Origin: Planctomycetota bacterium | Lineage (GTDB): Bacteria > Planctomycetota > Planctomycetia > Pirellulales > Lacipirellulaceae | Direction of reading: 5' to 3' | NCBI GenBank assembly: GCA_039190745.1 | Contig: JBCCXZ010000052.1 | Location: 1 to 30,322, forward strand | Length of the DNA stretch: 30,322 nt | Shown here: positions 19,334 to 28,694 of the stretch, piece after piece | Numbering within the stretch: position 1 is the stretch's first letter | How the letters are laid out: the number at the start of each line of letters is the position of its first letter | The notes under the pieces: generated by a model | Seen by the model: only the letters and a program-made list of their open reading frames with translations | The model's database searches: none | Told to the model about the DNA's origin: nothing | Made by a program: the position numbers and the translations under genes

Positions 19334-19468
19334 ATGGCAACCAAGAAGAAGGCCGCCAAGAAGACGGCAAAGAAGAAGGTGGCTAAGAAGGCCGCCAAGA
19401 AGTCGCCGAAGAAGAAGACCGCTAAAAAGAAGGCGACCAAGAAGAAGACCGCCAAAAAGAAGAAGTAA
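19334..19468 (+). CDS. Small Lys/Ala-rich histone H1-like basic protein (44 aa), not in the ORF track
   Basis: MATKKKAAKKTAKKKVAKKAAKKSPKKKTAKKKATKKKTAKKKK with 25 Lys. GGAAGGAG SD at 19317-19324, AAG-dominated codons, TAA at 19466-19468. Confidence 0.85.
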   Translation: MATKKKAAKKTAKKKVAKKAAKKSPKKKTAKKKATKKKTAKKKK

Positions 19469-19651
19469 CCGCTCTCCGCGGCTTCTTCGGACCGGAGTTC
19501 AAAAAACGGGTCGGCCCCGTGGCGCAGTGCCACGGCCGGCCCGCTCTCGTTGCCAGACGCTCGTTGACCGTGGAGGGCAGCCGGGTTAGCCTTTTACCCC
19601 TGTACAAGCACCTCCGACTGCCACGACCTCCTCTCCGCAAGCGTTCCCCCT

Positions 19652-20929
19652 TTGACGAAGACGCCCCCCAATCCCGCCGACGACGACGGCGGCGCTACAC
19701 CGGGCTTCGATGAGCTCGGCCTCTCCGAGATTACTCTCGAAGCCCTCCGCGAGGCGCAGTACCACCAGCCTTCGCCAGTTCAGGCGGGGCTCATCCCGGA
19801 AGCCCTCAAGGGCGCCGACCTCCTCGGCCAGGCCCGCACCGGCACCGGCAAGACGGCCGCGTTTGCGTTACCGATCTTGGAACGCCTCGATGAACCCGTG
19901 AAGGGCCACCCCCCGCGGGCTTTGGTGCTCGTGCCGACGCGCGAACTCGCGGTGCAGGTACGCGACGAGATGGCCAAACTCTCCTTCGGCCGCAAGCTCC
20001 GCTTCGTCGCGGTCTACGGCGGCAAGCCGATCCGGCAGCAGATCACCCGACTGGAGAAGGGGGCCGACGTCGTGATCGGCACGCCCGGGCGGGTGCTCGA
20101 TCACCTCTCGCGATCGACGCTCCGCCTCGAAAAACTTGATGTTGTGGTACTCGACGAGGCCGACCGGATGCTCGACATCGGCTTCCGGCCCGACATCGAG
20201 CGCATCTTGCGCCGGTGCCCCAGCTCGCGGCAGACTCTGCTGCTCAGCGCAACGGTGGCCCCTCCCGTGGAGCGGCTGGCCAAACGCTACATGCGTAACC
20301 CGCAGATTATGGACTTCTCGCCGAAGTCTAAGTCCGTGGACACGATCGAGCAGCGTTACTTCACAGTCGAAGAGCCTCGGAAATTCGACCTGCTGGTCAA
20401 GTTGCTCGAGCGAGAGCAGCCAGAGCAGGCGATCATATTCTGCCGGACGAAGCGCGGCACCGATCGGATACACAGAAAACTTTCCTCTAAGTTCAAGCAG
20501 GTCGACTGCATCCACGGCGACATGCAGCAGGGAGCGCGCGACCGGGTGATGCGGGGTTTCCGCGACGGCAAGGTGAAAGCACTAGTCGCGACTGACGTCG
20601 TGGGGCGTGGCATCGACGTGAGCACGATCTCGCACATCATCAACTACGACATCCCGCAGTCCTCGGACGACTATGTCCACCGTGTCGGCCGCACCGGCCG
20701 TATGGGCCGAGAAGGCATCGCGTTCACCTTCGTGACGCCGGAGCAAGGCATCGAGCTCACCCGGATCGAGATGCTCATCAACCGACTGCTGCAGCGGGAT
20801 GAGATCGACGGATTCCGCGCGGTGCCTGAAGCGGCGCCTCAGCCGGCCGAGCCGGAGAAGCCCGTCGAGAAGAAGCCGCCGCCGCCGGGCTCACGCTCTC
20901 GCGGCCGCCGACACAAGCGGGCGCTCTGA
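19652..20929 (+). CDS. DEAD-box ATP-dependent RNA helicase
   Basis: Q motif, ARTGTGKT, PTRELA, GG, TPGR, DEAD, SAT and HRVGRTGR motifs. Motif V reads VGRGID. Confidence 0.95.
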   Translation: MTKTPPNPADDDGGATPGFDELGLSEITLEALREAQYHQPSPVQAGLIPEALKGADLLGQARTGTGKTAAFALPILERLDEPVKGHPPRALVLVPTRELAVQVRDEMAKLSFGRKLRFVAVYGGKPIRQQITRLEKGADVVIGTPGRVLDHLSRSTLRLEKLDVVVLDEADRMLDIGFRPDIERILRRCPSSRQTLLLSATVAPPVERLAKRYMRNPQIMDFSPKSKSVDTIEQRYFTVEEPRKFDLLVKLLEREQPEQAIIFCRTKRGTDRIHRKLSSKFKQVDCIHGDMQQGARDRVMRGFRDGKVKALVATDVVGRGIDVSTISHIINYDIPQSSDDYVHRVGRTGRMGREGIAFTFVTPEQGIELTRIEMLINRLLQRDEIDGFRAVPEAAPQPAEPEKPVEKKPPPPGSRSRGRRHKRAL

Positions 20930-20943
20930 TCGCCGAAAAGCGG

Positions 20944-22032
20944 TTATTCTGGTGCAGCGAACACGTCGCGGAGAATGGGCGCGACTTCGTCCCAGCGAGC
21001 GGCAGCCGCTTCGAAATCGATTTCCATGGCACGAATCGTTTCCGGCGTCTCAACCCGCGCGTTCGTTTCTACGCCCTTGCCGAGTGGGATCTGAGCGCTC
21101 GGGCCGGAAGCAAGCATGCGTTCGACTTCCGGAGACAGCAAGAACTCGACCAACTCCTGCGCCGATCCCGCGTTCGGGCTGCCGCTGATCCGGGCGACCG
21201 TGTTTGGGATGAACAGCGTCCCCAGTTCGCCCTCTGCCTGGTCGGGGTAAACGATCGCAACGGGCCTGCCCGACTCGACCTCGGCGATGGCGTCGTCGGT
21301 GTCGGTCAGTCCGAAGGCTACCTCCCCCGCGGCGACCGCTAGAGCAACCTGCTTGTTGCCGGAAAGTACTCGGGCGTTCTTATTCACCGTGCGGAAGAAG
21401 TGCGTGGATTCTTCGTCACCCAAAGCAGTGTAGAGGCACATGGCGTGGGTCGCCGTGGTGCCGGCCAGGGGTTTTGCGATCGCGCACTTCCCCTTCCAAT
21501 CCGGGTCTGTCAGCGCGTAGATCGATGTCGGCGTAACCTCTTCGGCAACCAGGCTGGTGTTAACCAGCAAGACCCTCGCCCGAGCGGCAAAGCCGTGCCA
21601 GGTGCTATCCGTGCCTCGGAACGAGGCCGGGAATGCCTCGGAAGCTGCGTTCGGGCTCGGGGCCAGTAGCCCCTTTTGCTGCAAGCGGAGCGTGTTCAGG
21701 ATCTCGTTGTTCCAGAAGACGTCGCAGATGGGCCGTGCGCTCTCGGCCATAATGGCTTGGGTCAACCCGACGGTCTTAGTCGACTCGGTATCATATTTTG
21801 GTCTCACGGCGATGCCGGTCTGTTCGGTAAAGCGTTCCAGTACCGGGCGTGAAAACGGCTCATCGAGGGCTGTGTAGACGACAACTGTCTCTTCCGGCTG
21901 AGACCGGAAGCAACCTGACATTAGCAAGGAGAAAGCCACTGCCAAACGGCGGGCGGCCCGGCCATCTAGGCCGCGAAACGGCCTCCACGGGGCAGCGGGA
22001 TGGCTGGGAAACCTGAGGTGCTCGTAGATCAT
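20944..22032 (-). CDS. ABC transporter extracellular solute-binding lipoprotein (Fe3+/FutA-like family); start uncertain
   Basis: Lipobox-like LLMSGC plus VVVYTALDE, DVFWNNE, RARVLLVN, GLTDTDD and IPNTVA motifs. Confidence 0.82.
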   Translation of the reverse strand: MIYEHLRFPSHPAAPWRPFRGLDGRAARRLAVAFSLLMSGCFRSQPEETVVVYTALDEPFSRPVLERFTEQTGIAVRPKYDTESTKTVGLTQAIMAESARPICDVFWNNEILNTLRLQQKGLLAPSPNAASEAFPASFRGTDSTWHGFAARARVLLVNTSLVAEEVTPTSIYALTDPDWKGKCAIAKPLAGTTATHAMCLYTALGDEESTHFFRTVNKNARVLSGNKQVALAVAAGEVAFGLTDTDDAIAEVESGRPVAIVYPDQAEGELGTLFIPNTVARISGSPNAGSAQELVEFLLSPEVERMLASGPSAQIPLGKGVETNARVETPETIRAMEIDFEAAAARWDEVAPILRDVFAAPE

Positions 22033-22086
22033 TGTGTACCCGACGATTAGAATGCTACGAAGTTTTCGCATCACGGCAGGCCTTCG

Positions 22087-22827
22087 ATGAAACTGCTGCT
22101 CCTCGGGACTACGGGCTACCACCCGAACGACCGTCGCCAGACGGCCTGCTTGATGCTGCCTGAGATCGGCCTCGTGTTTGATGCGGGCACGGCCGCATAC
22201 CGACTGCGCGAGTACCTGAAGACCCCTTCTCTGGACATCTTCCTAACCCACGCTCACCTGGACCACGTCATTGGTCTGACGTTTCTCTTCAACGTGATTG
22301 ACGGCACCGGCATTGAACGTGTCGCGGTTCATGGAGAGCCGGAGAAACTGGAGGCGATTCAACAGCACCTGTTCTCCGAACTATTGTTCCCCGTTGCTCC
22401 GCCTTTGGACATGCACCCGCTGGAGCAGAATCATAAGCTAGCGGACGGGAGTGTGTTGACTCACTTCCCGCTGGAGCACCCTGGCGGTTCGGTGGGTTAC
22501 CGGATCGACTGGCCCGATCGTTCTTTCGCCTACGTGACCGATACGGTCGCTTTTGATGATGCTCCGTACCTCAAGCTTATTGAAGGAGTCGACGTACTTG
22601 TTCATGAGTGTTACTTCAACGACGACATGCGAGAGCACGCGGAATTGACCGGGCACAGCTGCTTGTCGGATGTAGCACGGGTCGCCTCGAAGTCGGGGGC
22701 GAAGAGAACCATCCTGGTTCATATGAACCCGATGTACGGATCGGACAACCAACTCCTGATGGCCGAAGCGAAGCGGATCTGCCCTACGATCGAGTTGGGG
22801 GTCGACCGGATGGAAGTGGACTTTTAG
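22087..22827 (+). CDS. Metallo-beta-lactamase fold hydrolase, RNase Z/BN-like
   Basis: LLGTTG, FDAGT, THAHLDH, HPGGSVGY, VTDT, VHEC, GHS and LVH motifs. Confidence 0.88.
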   Translation: MKLLLLGTTGYHPNDRRQTACLMLPEIGLVFDAGTAAYRLREYLKTPSLDIFLTHAHLDHVIGLTFLFNVIDGTGIERVAVHGEPEKLEAIQQHLFSELLFPVAPPLDMHPLEQNHKLADGSVLTHFPLEHPGGSVGYRIDWPDRSFAYVTDTVAFDDAPYLKLIEGVDVLVHECYFNDDMREHAELTGHSCLSDVARVASKSGAKRTILVHMNPMYGSDNQLLMAEAKRICPTIELGVDRMEVDF

Positions 22828-22842
22828 TCTGGTCGCGGAGGG

Positions 22843-24156
22843 TTACTGGAGTTGGTTCTGCAGTCTCCGCAAGCTCCGACGGTAGGCATAGTACTCAACC
22901 TCCAAATCGTGGCGGGGGGAATCAACGTACGCGATCGTTTTCCGCACGCACTCAGCCGCTTTGCGTTTGTCCGCCCGCAATCGTGAAGCCGCCGGTGCGT
23001 CCTGCTTCTTCGCGGTTAAAAATCTCGCTATAGCCAGTGCCTGATCGTCCACCAACCCCCACTGCCCGCTGTCTGGTTGGATCATCCCCGCGATGAATAA
23101 GTCGTCTCGCTCTGGGTGAAAGATATTCAAGTAGAAACCCCGGTTGCCGCTTCCGGAGGGCAGGAAGCGGTCTTCGAGGAACGGCATGGTCAGCTTGAAC
23201 CCTGTCGCGAACACGACCAAGTCGACCTGTGTTTGGGAGCCGTCGACGAAGTAGACGAGGTTGCCCTCAAAGCGTTCGATGTCAGGCCGCAAAGTTAGCC
23301 TGCCATGACCGACATGGTGGTGCAACTGCGAGTTGATGATGGGGTGCGTCTCAAAGAGCCGGTGGTCGGGCGTCGGCATTGCGCAATCGGCGTTGGGCCC
23401 CAGGGCCCAACGTGCTGCGAGCATTGCGATGCGGCGTCGCAGCCACAGCGGCAAGCGTAAGCGATGCAGCAAGTCGCCCCACTGATCGATTGGCACACCG
23501 CGGAAGAACTTCGGCAGCACATGATAGCCCCTCCGCCAACTGAGTTCGGCGTGGCGCGCGTGGACAGCCGCTTCGGCCGCGATGTCGCACCCGGAGTTGC
23601 CGCCTCCGACAACCAGCACACGCTTGTCGCGGAGCGTTTCGGTTCTCTTGTACTGCGAAGAGTGCAGCACCTCTCCTGTGAACTCACCTGGGTACTCAGG
23701 CCAGCGGGGGTCCCAGTTGTGGCCGTTCGCGATCACGACCGCCGCAAACTCACAAGCGGTTCCGTCACTTAGCTCGACACGCCAACCGCTGTCTTGAACC
23801 TGCTCGTTCAGCGGCTCGATGCGTAGCACTTCGGTTTGGAACTGAATATCCTTCCGCAGATCGAAGTGCTCCACGTAGCTGAGCAGATACTCGATCACTT
23901 GTGCATGCCCCGGGAAATCGGGAAAGCGCTCGGGCATCGGGTAATCGTTGTACTCGGTGAGTTCCTTCGACGAGATCAAGTGGGTCGATTCGTTGATGCT
24001 GCTCGCGGGGGAGCCGATGTTCCAATTGCCCCCCAGGTCTTCGTGGGCTTCGTAGCAAACCGCGGCGACGCCCGCTTCGGTCAGCCGCTTCAGGGCGGCT
24101 AGCCCAGAGGTGCCGGCTCCGATCACGCAAACGGTTTTCATCGGTTCTCGGTGCAT
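22843..24156 (-). CDS. Flavin-containing monooxygenase (FMO family)
   Basis: VIGAGTSG FAD motif, FMO fingerprint FTGEVLHSSQYK, VVGGGNSG NADP motif, FATGF. Alternative start at 24141. Confidence 0.92.
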   Translation of the reverse strand: MHREPMKTVCVIGAGTSGLAALKRLTEAGVAAVCYEAHEDLGGNWNIGSPASSINESTHLISSKELTEYNDYPMPERFPDFPGHAQVIEYLLSYVEHFDLRKDIQFQTEVLRIEPLNEQVQDSGWRVELSDGTACEFAAVVIANGHNWDPRWPEYPGEFTGEVLHSSQYKRTETLRDKRVLVVGGGNSGCDIAAEAAVHARHAELSWRRGYHVLPKFFRGVPIDQWGDLLHRLRLPLWLRRRIAMLAARWALGPNADCAMPTPDHRLFETHPIINSQLHHHVGHGRLTLRPDIERFEGNLVYFVDGSQTQVDLVVFATGFKLTMPFLEDRFLPSGSGNRGFYLNIFHPERDDLFIAGMIQPDSGQWGLVDDQALAIARFLTAKKQDAPAASRLRADKRKAAECVRKTIAYVDSPRHDLEVEYYAYRRSLRRLQNQLQ

Positions 24157-24317
24157 TCGATACAGGCGGCCGCAGTCTGGTGGAAATGCTGAGGCTTGCC
24201 GGGCAAGCCTAGGTGGATTTCTGCTGCGGGGAGCGCTCGGTAATTGACTTCTGCGGAGAACAATGTACTCCTGTACACATTACTGCAGATTCTGTGTACC
24301 CTCTCAGTGTATCCATC

Positions 24318-24836
24318 ATGGCTAGGGAAACGCGCGAAATCGAGCCCGAACGGCTCTACAGCAAGAACCTCAGGCGGTTGATGGCAAAGCTGGACATGAC
24401 GCTCCAGGATGTCGTTGATGCGTCGGGGGTGGATGCACGCACTCTAGGGTCCCTGCTGCGGGGGACAACCAAGCCCCACGCGCGAACGTTGAAGAAGCTC
24501 GCAGACGGCCTGGGGGTCGGCTCCGACGAGTTGTTCCAGAGCCTCTTTTCGGTTGGCGCCGCTTTCGACCGAGACACGAACCCGGTTGTGGCTGAGGCTG
24601 TTGATTCCTCCCCCTCCATCTTCAACCAATGGTCGCAAGAGGACTTCGACGAACTCTACAGCCGTGTTGGGATCGGCGGCGGGCTAACCATAGATGGAAC
24701 TATTGAGGCCGCCAATCGGATGAATGAAAAGCGCGAGCTGTTGCGTCAGGCCGCGCTTGTTCTAGAAAGTTCTGAGCAGGACGTGCTCCGCGAGCTGATC
24801 CAGATCCTCTACCGCAAAGTGACCGTCAGCGAGTAA
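24318..24836 (+). CDS. XRE-family helix-turn-helix transcriptional regulator
   Basis: NLRRLMAKLDMTLQDVVDASGVDARTLGSLLRGTTKPHARTLKKLADGLGV Cro/C1-type HTH. ATG 24318 is preferred. Confidence 0.85.
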   Translation: MARETREIEPERLYSKNLRRLMAKLDMTLQDVVDASGVDARTLGSLLRGTTKPHARTLKKLADGLGVGSDELFQSLFSVGAAFDRDTNPVVAEAVDSSPSIFNQWSQEDFDELYSRVGIGGGLTIDGTIEAANRMNEKRELLRQAALVLESSEQDVLRELIQILYRKVTVSE

Positions 24837-24873
24837 GCCCCTAGCACCCCTACCGCAGCGGAGCTGAAAGATG

Positions 24874-25509
24874 CTAGGCGCTCTCCGGGACAACGCGGAT
24901 CGAGAGCGAAGCGCCGAGACGCTCTGGCATCTCCACTTCATCTAGCAAAAAGATATCTCCGGAAGTCGTCACAAACCGATCCCCGGCTGTCAACTCTACT
25001 GGCTCGATGAGAGACAAACGGTAGGAAGTCGTCACGACAGGGTCGATGGCGTTCGGGTCGTCGACCGAAATGGATTCGAGAGCAACCTGAGCGGGGTAGG
25101 CCATCGAGACGAGACTCCAGCCGATCGTTTCCCCTCCTTCGACAATCGGTCGTTGGATGTCCACGCTTTCGGCAAGCGAAGGCGGGATGGACAATCTCCG
25201 AGTTTCGAGCTTCCATTTCTTGAGGGGGGGCGAGTACCTGGTGCGGAGAATCACTGCAGCCAGTCCCCCGTTTTCTACGAGCGTGTCGCCGACTTGCGGG
25301 CTCGGACCAGAAACCGGCAGTTGCAAACTCCACTCGGTATCGGCGGCAACGACGGCGTTTTCAGAAGGGTCTTCCTGTTCTGAACGAGTAGGCCCGCGCA
25401 AGGCATTGGGGATGGGGATCGCGTAGCTGCCGCCGCGAGGGTAGAGATTGACGCCCTCACCCTCCACGAGGGTGCTAAAGTCTGCCTCGGCATGGATAGA
25501 GTATGGCAT
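24874..25509 (-). CDS. Putative phage head-closure/head-tail joining-like protein (apparently two similar beta-rich halves)
   Basis: Last gene of the head operon, TGATG-coupled. Both halves carry a xGDxxx motif (PQVGDTLV, LTAGDRFV) followed by short beta strands, as in head-closure proteins. The assignment is inferred. Confidence 0.5.
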   Translation of the reverse strand: MPYSIHAEADFSTLVEGEGVNLYPRGGSYAIPIPNALRGPTRSEQEDPSENAVVAADTEWSLQLPVSGPSPQVGDTLVENGGLAAVILRTRYSPPLKKWKLETRRLSIPPSLAESVDIQRPIVEGGETIGWSLVSMAYPAQVALESISVDDPNAIDPVVTTSYRLSLIEPVELTAGDRFVTTSGDIFLLDEVEMPERLGASLSIRVVPESA

Positions 25510-25724
25510 CAGGTGGCGCCCCAGGACTGGATTTCGTACGGCTGCTGATCAGCAATCTTATGGTCACACCATTCGACGGTTGCCCGGAGCGAGGCCACGT
25601 ACTCTGTCCAGTCCACTCGCTGCCCGTCGATGACGTAGCTGGGCTTGGGCTGTGCGGTCACGTCGGCTATTTGCGCCAACGCTTGGCTCCGTATCGCAAT
25701 CAACTGTTCTGCGTCGCTCGGCAT
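25509..25724 (-). CDS. Putative head-completion/adaptor protein, lambda gpW-like (71 aa)
   Basis: Helix - SYVIDGQRV hairpin - helix pattern. TAATG overlap with the upstream gene and GAGGTG SD. Confidence 0.6.
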   Translation of the reverse strand: MPSDAEQLIAIRSQALAQIADVTAQPKPSYVIDGQRVDWTEYVASLRATVEWCDHKIADQQPYEIQSWGAT

Positions 25725-26122
25725 TACAGGCACCTCAACATGAATCGGAAGACTACCCTCTGCCCTTGCACGGGCGTAACCTCGTACCTCACCAGGTAGG
25801 TTGCTCCGGGGCTGGTAAAGGCCTCGGCCGCAGACACGTCAATCTCGTGACGGAAGTTGTAGCCAGTGGAGTCGACGCTCCAAGAGCCGTCGTTCTGGAG
25901 CGTGTCGAAGACGCAATCGTTCGCGTTAAGGCTAACATTCTCGTGGCCAGTCACCGGCGATTGCGGGTCTTGGCCATGCGTGGAGAGTTCGAACACCGAA
26001 TAACTGATCGAAGACACGTGGGCTCGAATCAGGTTCTGGCCGGAAGCATTAACGACACGCGCCATTAAGACCGCCGTGCCTTTGTTGTAGACGGTTCCGT
26101 ATGCGTCTCTTGCAGTCGACAT
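25724..26122 (-). CDS. Hypothetical beta-rich protein of the head operon (132 aa)
   Basis: TGATG overlap with the LamG gene, GGAGG SD, coupled on both sides. Confidence 0.75.
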   Translation of the reverse strand: MSTARDAYGTVYNKGTAVLMARVVNASGQNLIRAHVSSISYSVFELSTHGQDPQSPVTGHENVSLNANDCVFDTLQNDGSWSVDSTGYNFRHEIDVSAAEAFTSPGATYLVRYEVTPVQGQRVVFRFMLRCL

Positions 26123-26898
26123 CAGGAAATGACCTCCGCGCAAGGATCGAGATCGTTAGAGGCAAGGCCTGCGGCCCAGGCTTCTGCGGCAGCCGCACCT
26201 GCCGAGTAGCTCTGGGACGCGGCGTCCCAGAACGGCCCGGGCGCCCGGGCTCGCTGTGAGAAAACAGGGCTGTTTCGAGCTTTTAAAACACGAGGATGCG
26301 TCGTCGCGGCTGGACTCTGTGCGGATGTTGCAAGGGGTCCGAGACCGGGGCGATTGCCGCGGGCGACAAAGTCGTGGTAGGCGACTAGGTCCTTGCGGCA
26401 AGGCAAGCTTAGGGGCGTAGCACCGGCTGCCAACTCCGCGATCTGATCGGCAGCTACTTCGCTTCTCCAAATCGCGACTTCCGCGGCGTCGAAAGTGCCC
26501 GGTAACGACGCGCCGCCCACCCTGTAATGGGTAAGTGTGTGGAACTCTCTCGGATTGGTAAGCGTGTTCTCGAAGACACCGTCGAAGTAAATCGATCGGC
26601 TATTCACCGCGCGGAAGACACCTGCAAGATGATGCCACTCGCCAGGCTGAACCGAGCTGACCGAGACTGCTGCCCCTACCGTACCCTGGTCGATGGTGAG
26701 AGCGGCCACCCATCCTGTGGGGTGCCCGGCGTAGAGCAATAGGTGGCCTGAAGTTTCCGACGCGTCCTTAAATTCGACAAACGTCTGCATGCTGCCGGAC
26801 ATCTCAGACTTGAACCAACCGGAGATCGTGAACGGGTAGTCGGTGATCGCTAGATCACCCAGGTTCAACCACGTCGATGCGCTGATCGTGACGGCCAA
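26122..26898 (-). CDS. LamG/concanavalin A-like domain protein (possible virion-surface adhesin)
   Basis: FTISGWFK, GEWHHLAGVF, SIYFDG and EVAIWRSEVAADQI match the LamG-like jelly-roll pattern. Confidence 0.78.
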   Translation of the reverse strand: MAVTISASTWLNLGDLAITDYPFTISGWFKSEMSGSMQTFVEFKDASETSGHLLLYAGHPTGWVAALTIDQGTVGAAVSVSSVQPGEWHHLAGVFRAVNSRSIYFDGVFENTLTNPREFHTLTHYRVGGASLPGTFDAAEVAIWRSEVAADQIAELAAGATPLSLPCRKDLVAYHDFVARGNRPGLGPLATSAQSPAATTHPRVLKARNSPVFSQRARAPGPFWDAASQSYSAGAAAAEAWAAGLASNDLDPCAEVIS

Positions 26899-26900
26899 AT

Positions 26901-27386
26901 CTAGGACTCCTTCAATTCGATCGAGACAATCTCCAACCCATCGGCTAGCGTGTCCGACGGATCGGACGCCAACCGCTCGGCGGACAGCATGAAATGCTGC
27001 CCCTTAGAAGCAGACGACAGAGGCATGCTCAGCGACTGCTGCTCGGCGAGGTCGCCTGCTGCGCTCGGCGCCGTCAGTGTGGCTTCAGCGTTCTGCGGAG
27101 CCGCTGTTGGGCTCTCTAGGCTCTCGCCTGGAGCGATGGGGGTCACACTCAGTCGAAGGAGGGCCGCTCCGCTGGTCGCGGTTTCGGTTGTGTAGTGGAC
27201 AACGCACGTGACCCCGTTGCCGCTATAAACGGAGGGCGCGACCGCCACAAAAGCTGCTCGCTGGTTCCCCGAGCTACTGAAGCGCAGCACTACGAAGTCG
27301 CCGCGCAAGGCCAGCGTCGCGTAGTTCGACGCCGGCGGCAGATTAGCCAAGGCGTCGAACGCGACGAGGGTATCGCCGGCTGCCAT
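26901..27386 (-). CDS. Hypothetical protein downstream of the major capsid gene (161 aa; possible head fibre/spike component)
   Basis: GGAGGAG SD 6 nt before ATG 27386; beta-rich; 2 nt from the next gene. Confidence 0.7.
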   Translation of the reverse strand: MAAGDTLVAFDALANLPPASNYATLALRGDFVVLRFSSSGNQRAAFVAVAPSVYSGNGVTCVVHYTTETATSGAALLRLSVTPIAPGESLESPTAAPQNAEATLTAPSAAGDLAEQQSLSMPLSSASKGQHFMLSAERLASDPSDTLADGLEIVSIELKES

Positions 27387-27482
27387 AGGATTCTCCTCCA
27401 TCGGTTGATACGGAAAACCGTCCCGCGAGCGAGGCGGGCTCTGGGCCCAGCCCCGCTCTGTGGGGGTCGATGCAACTGCCGT

Positions 27483-28640
27483 CTAGGCCGTGCACTTCAC
27501 GACGTAGCGTGGGTCAAGCACCGCCGCGGCTCCGCGCTCGCTTGCTTTGAACCGTAGTACAATGTCGTTCGAGAACTCCGCCTCTCCTCCGAGCGGAGCC
27601 TGGGTCACCGTAATCGGCCAGTTCTCCATGTATGCGAACGCTTTTTGGAAGTCCCCCAAGAACCACTGCTTCTGAGCGGCCTGGAACTGCACGCCCGCGG
27701 CGAGGAGTCGGCGGTACGCGATCCGGCTTTCGTTGACGGTATAGCTGCCCAACGGATTCGCGCTGGTCGTTTGTGAATCCCCTCCTGGAGTTGTGTAGGT
27801 GATCTCGCTCGCGTTGAAGATGCGGTGCGCATTGTGGCGGTACGCAGGCATCACGAGCACGTTCGTGGCCCGGAGCAGCACCGGTTCGCCCGTGTTGGGA
27901 TCGAGGATGTCGGCCATGAGTTGCTCAGCGGCGTCGACGTTAGACCAGTCCACCAGTTCGTTGCCGGGCAGTTGGTTGGCCCACTCACCGGAGAGCAGAT
28001 ACGTGTCTGTGCTCTGCCCGTTGAACTTGTACGGGTTGTTGATGCCGAGCACGGTGTCGAGGATCCGTTTCTCCTTGTTGAGACCTAAAACCTCGCCGAC
28101 TTCTGAAGCCCGGTTGAGAATGAGATTGCTCCGGTCGAAGAAAATCGCCTCTCGGGTCACCGGGACGATGAAACCCCGCTTCTCCGTGGGCGGCGTCTCG
28201 ACATAGCTCTCGCTGAAGCCGAGGTTCGGGTAGGGCATCCCCGGTCCGACCTCGGTGATGTCGTCGTGCACCTGCCCGATCGTTGGGAGCTTCTCTCCGT
28301 CGAGACGCGTGGGGATGGTGCGAACGAGCTTCGACGCAACGAACGCCTCGTGCTCGTATGAGTCCAGTACGCGAGTCTGGATAACATGCCCTGTTACGGC
28401 CTGGAACGCTGTGCTGTCGACGCCGTCGTAGGCCTCGTGCACACTAACGCTGCCGTTCCGGGGGTCGAGCGTGTTGACCCAGGCCGACCCTTCCGGGATT
28501 AGCGCCTCGGCGAGTCCACGGATACTGAAGTCGTCTGGGGTAAGGTGTTTCTCTTGAAGGGCTTCGCTGAAGTGCCGGACGGTCGCTTCGCCCCCGTCCA
28601 GCTCGAATCGTCTCTTCACCTCGCGGTAGTTGATGCCCAC
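27483..28640 (-). CDS. Phage major capsid protein (HK97 fold, Mu gpT-like)
   Basis: 385 aa with AAGGA SD. VGPGMPYP...EKRGFIVPVTREAIFFDRSNLILNRASEVGEVLG resembles the E-loop/spine helix of HK97-fold capsids, and the C-terminus ends in GAAAVLDPRYV. Its position after protease and decoration genes fits. Confidence 0.82.
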   Translation of the reverse strand: MGINYREVKRRFELDGGEATVRHFSEALQEKHLTPDDFSIRGLAEALIPEGSAWVNTLDPRNGSVSVHEAYDGVDSTAFQAVTGHVIQTRVLDSYEHEAFVASKLVRTIPTRLDGEKLPTIGQVHDDITEVGPGMPYPNLGFSESYVETPPTEKRGFIVPVTREAIFFDRSNLILNRASEVGEVLGLNKEKRILDTVLGINNPYKFNGQSTDTYLLSGEWANQLPGNELVDWSNVDAAEQLMADILDPNTGEPVLLRATNVLVMPAYRHNAHRIFNASEITYTTPGGDSQTTSANPLGSYTVNESRIAYRRLLAAGVQFQAAQKQWFLGDFQKAFAYMENWPITVTQAPLGGEAEFSNDIVLRFKASERGAAAVLDPRYVVKCTA

Positions 28641-28694
28641 GCTATCGTTCCTTATTGGGTGTTTACTTGCTTACGGCCTCGTGTTGACCGTGCG

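Noticed and set aside
19090..19533. 147-aa minus-strand ORF with an FFLAVFF hydrophobic repeat
   Set aside because: Antisense shadow of the Lys-rich plus-strand gene, which has the SD and coherent codon usage.
27483..28640. Encapsulin interpretation of the capsid gene
   Set aside because: The neighbouring protease/scaffold, decoration and head-completion-like genes indicate a virion-type head module, and no cargo enzyme gene is adjacent.
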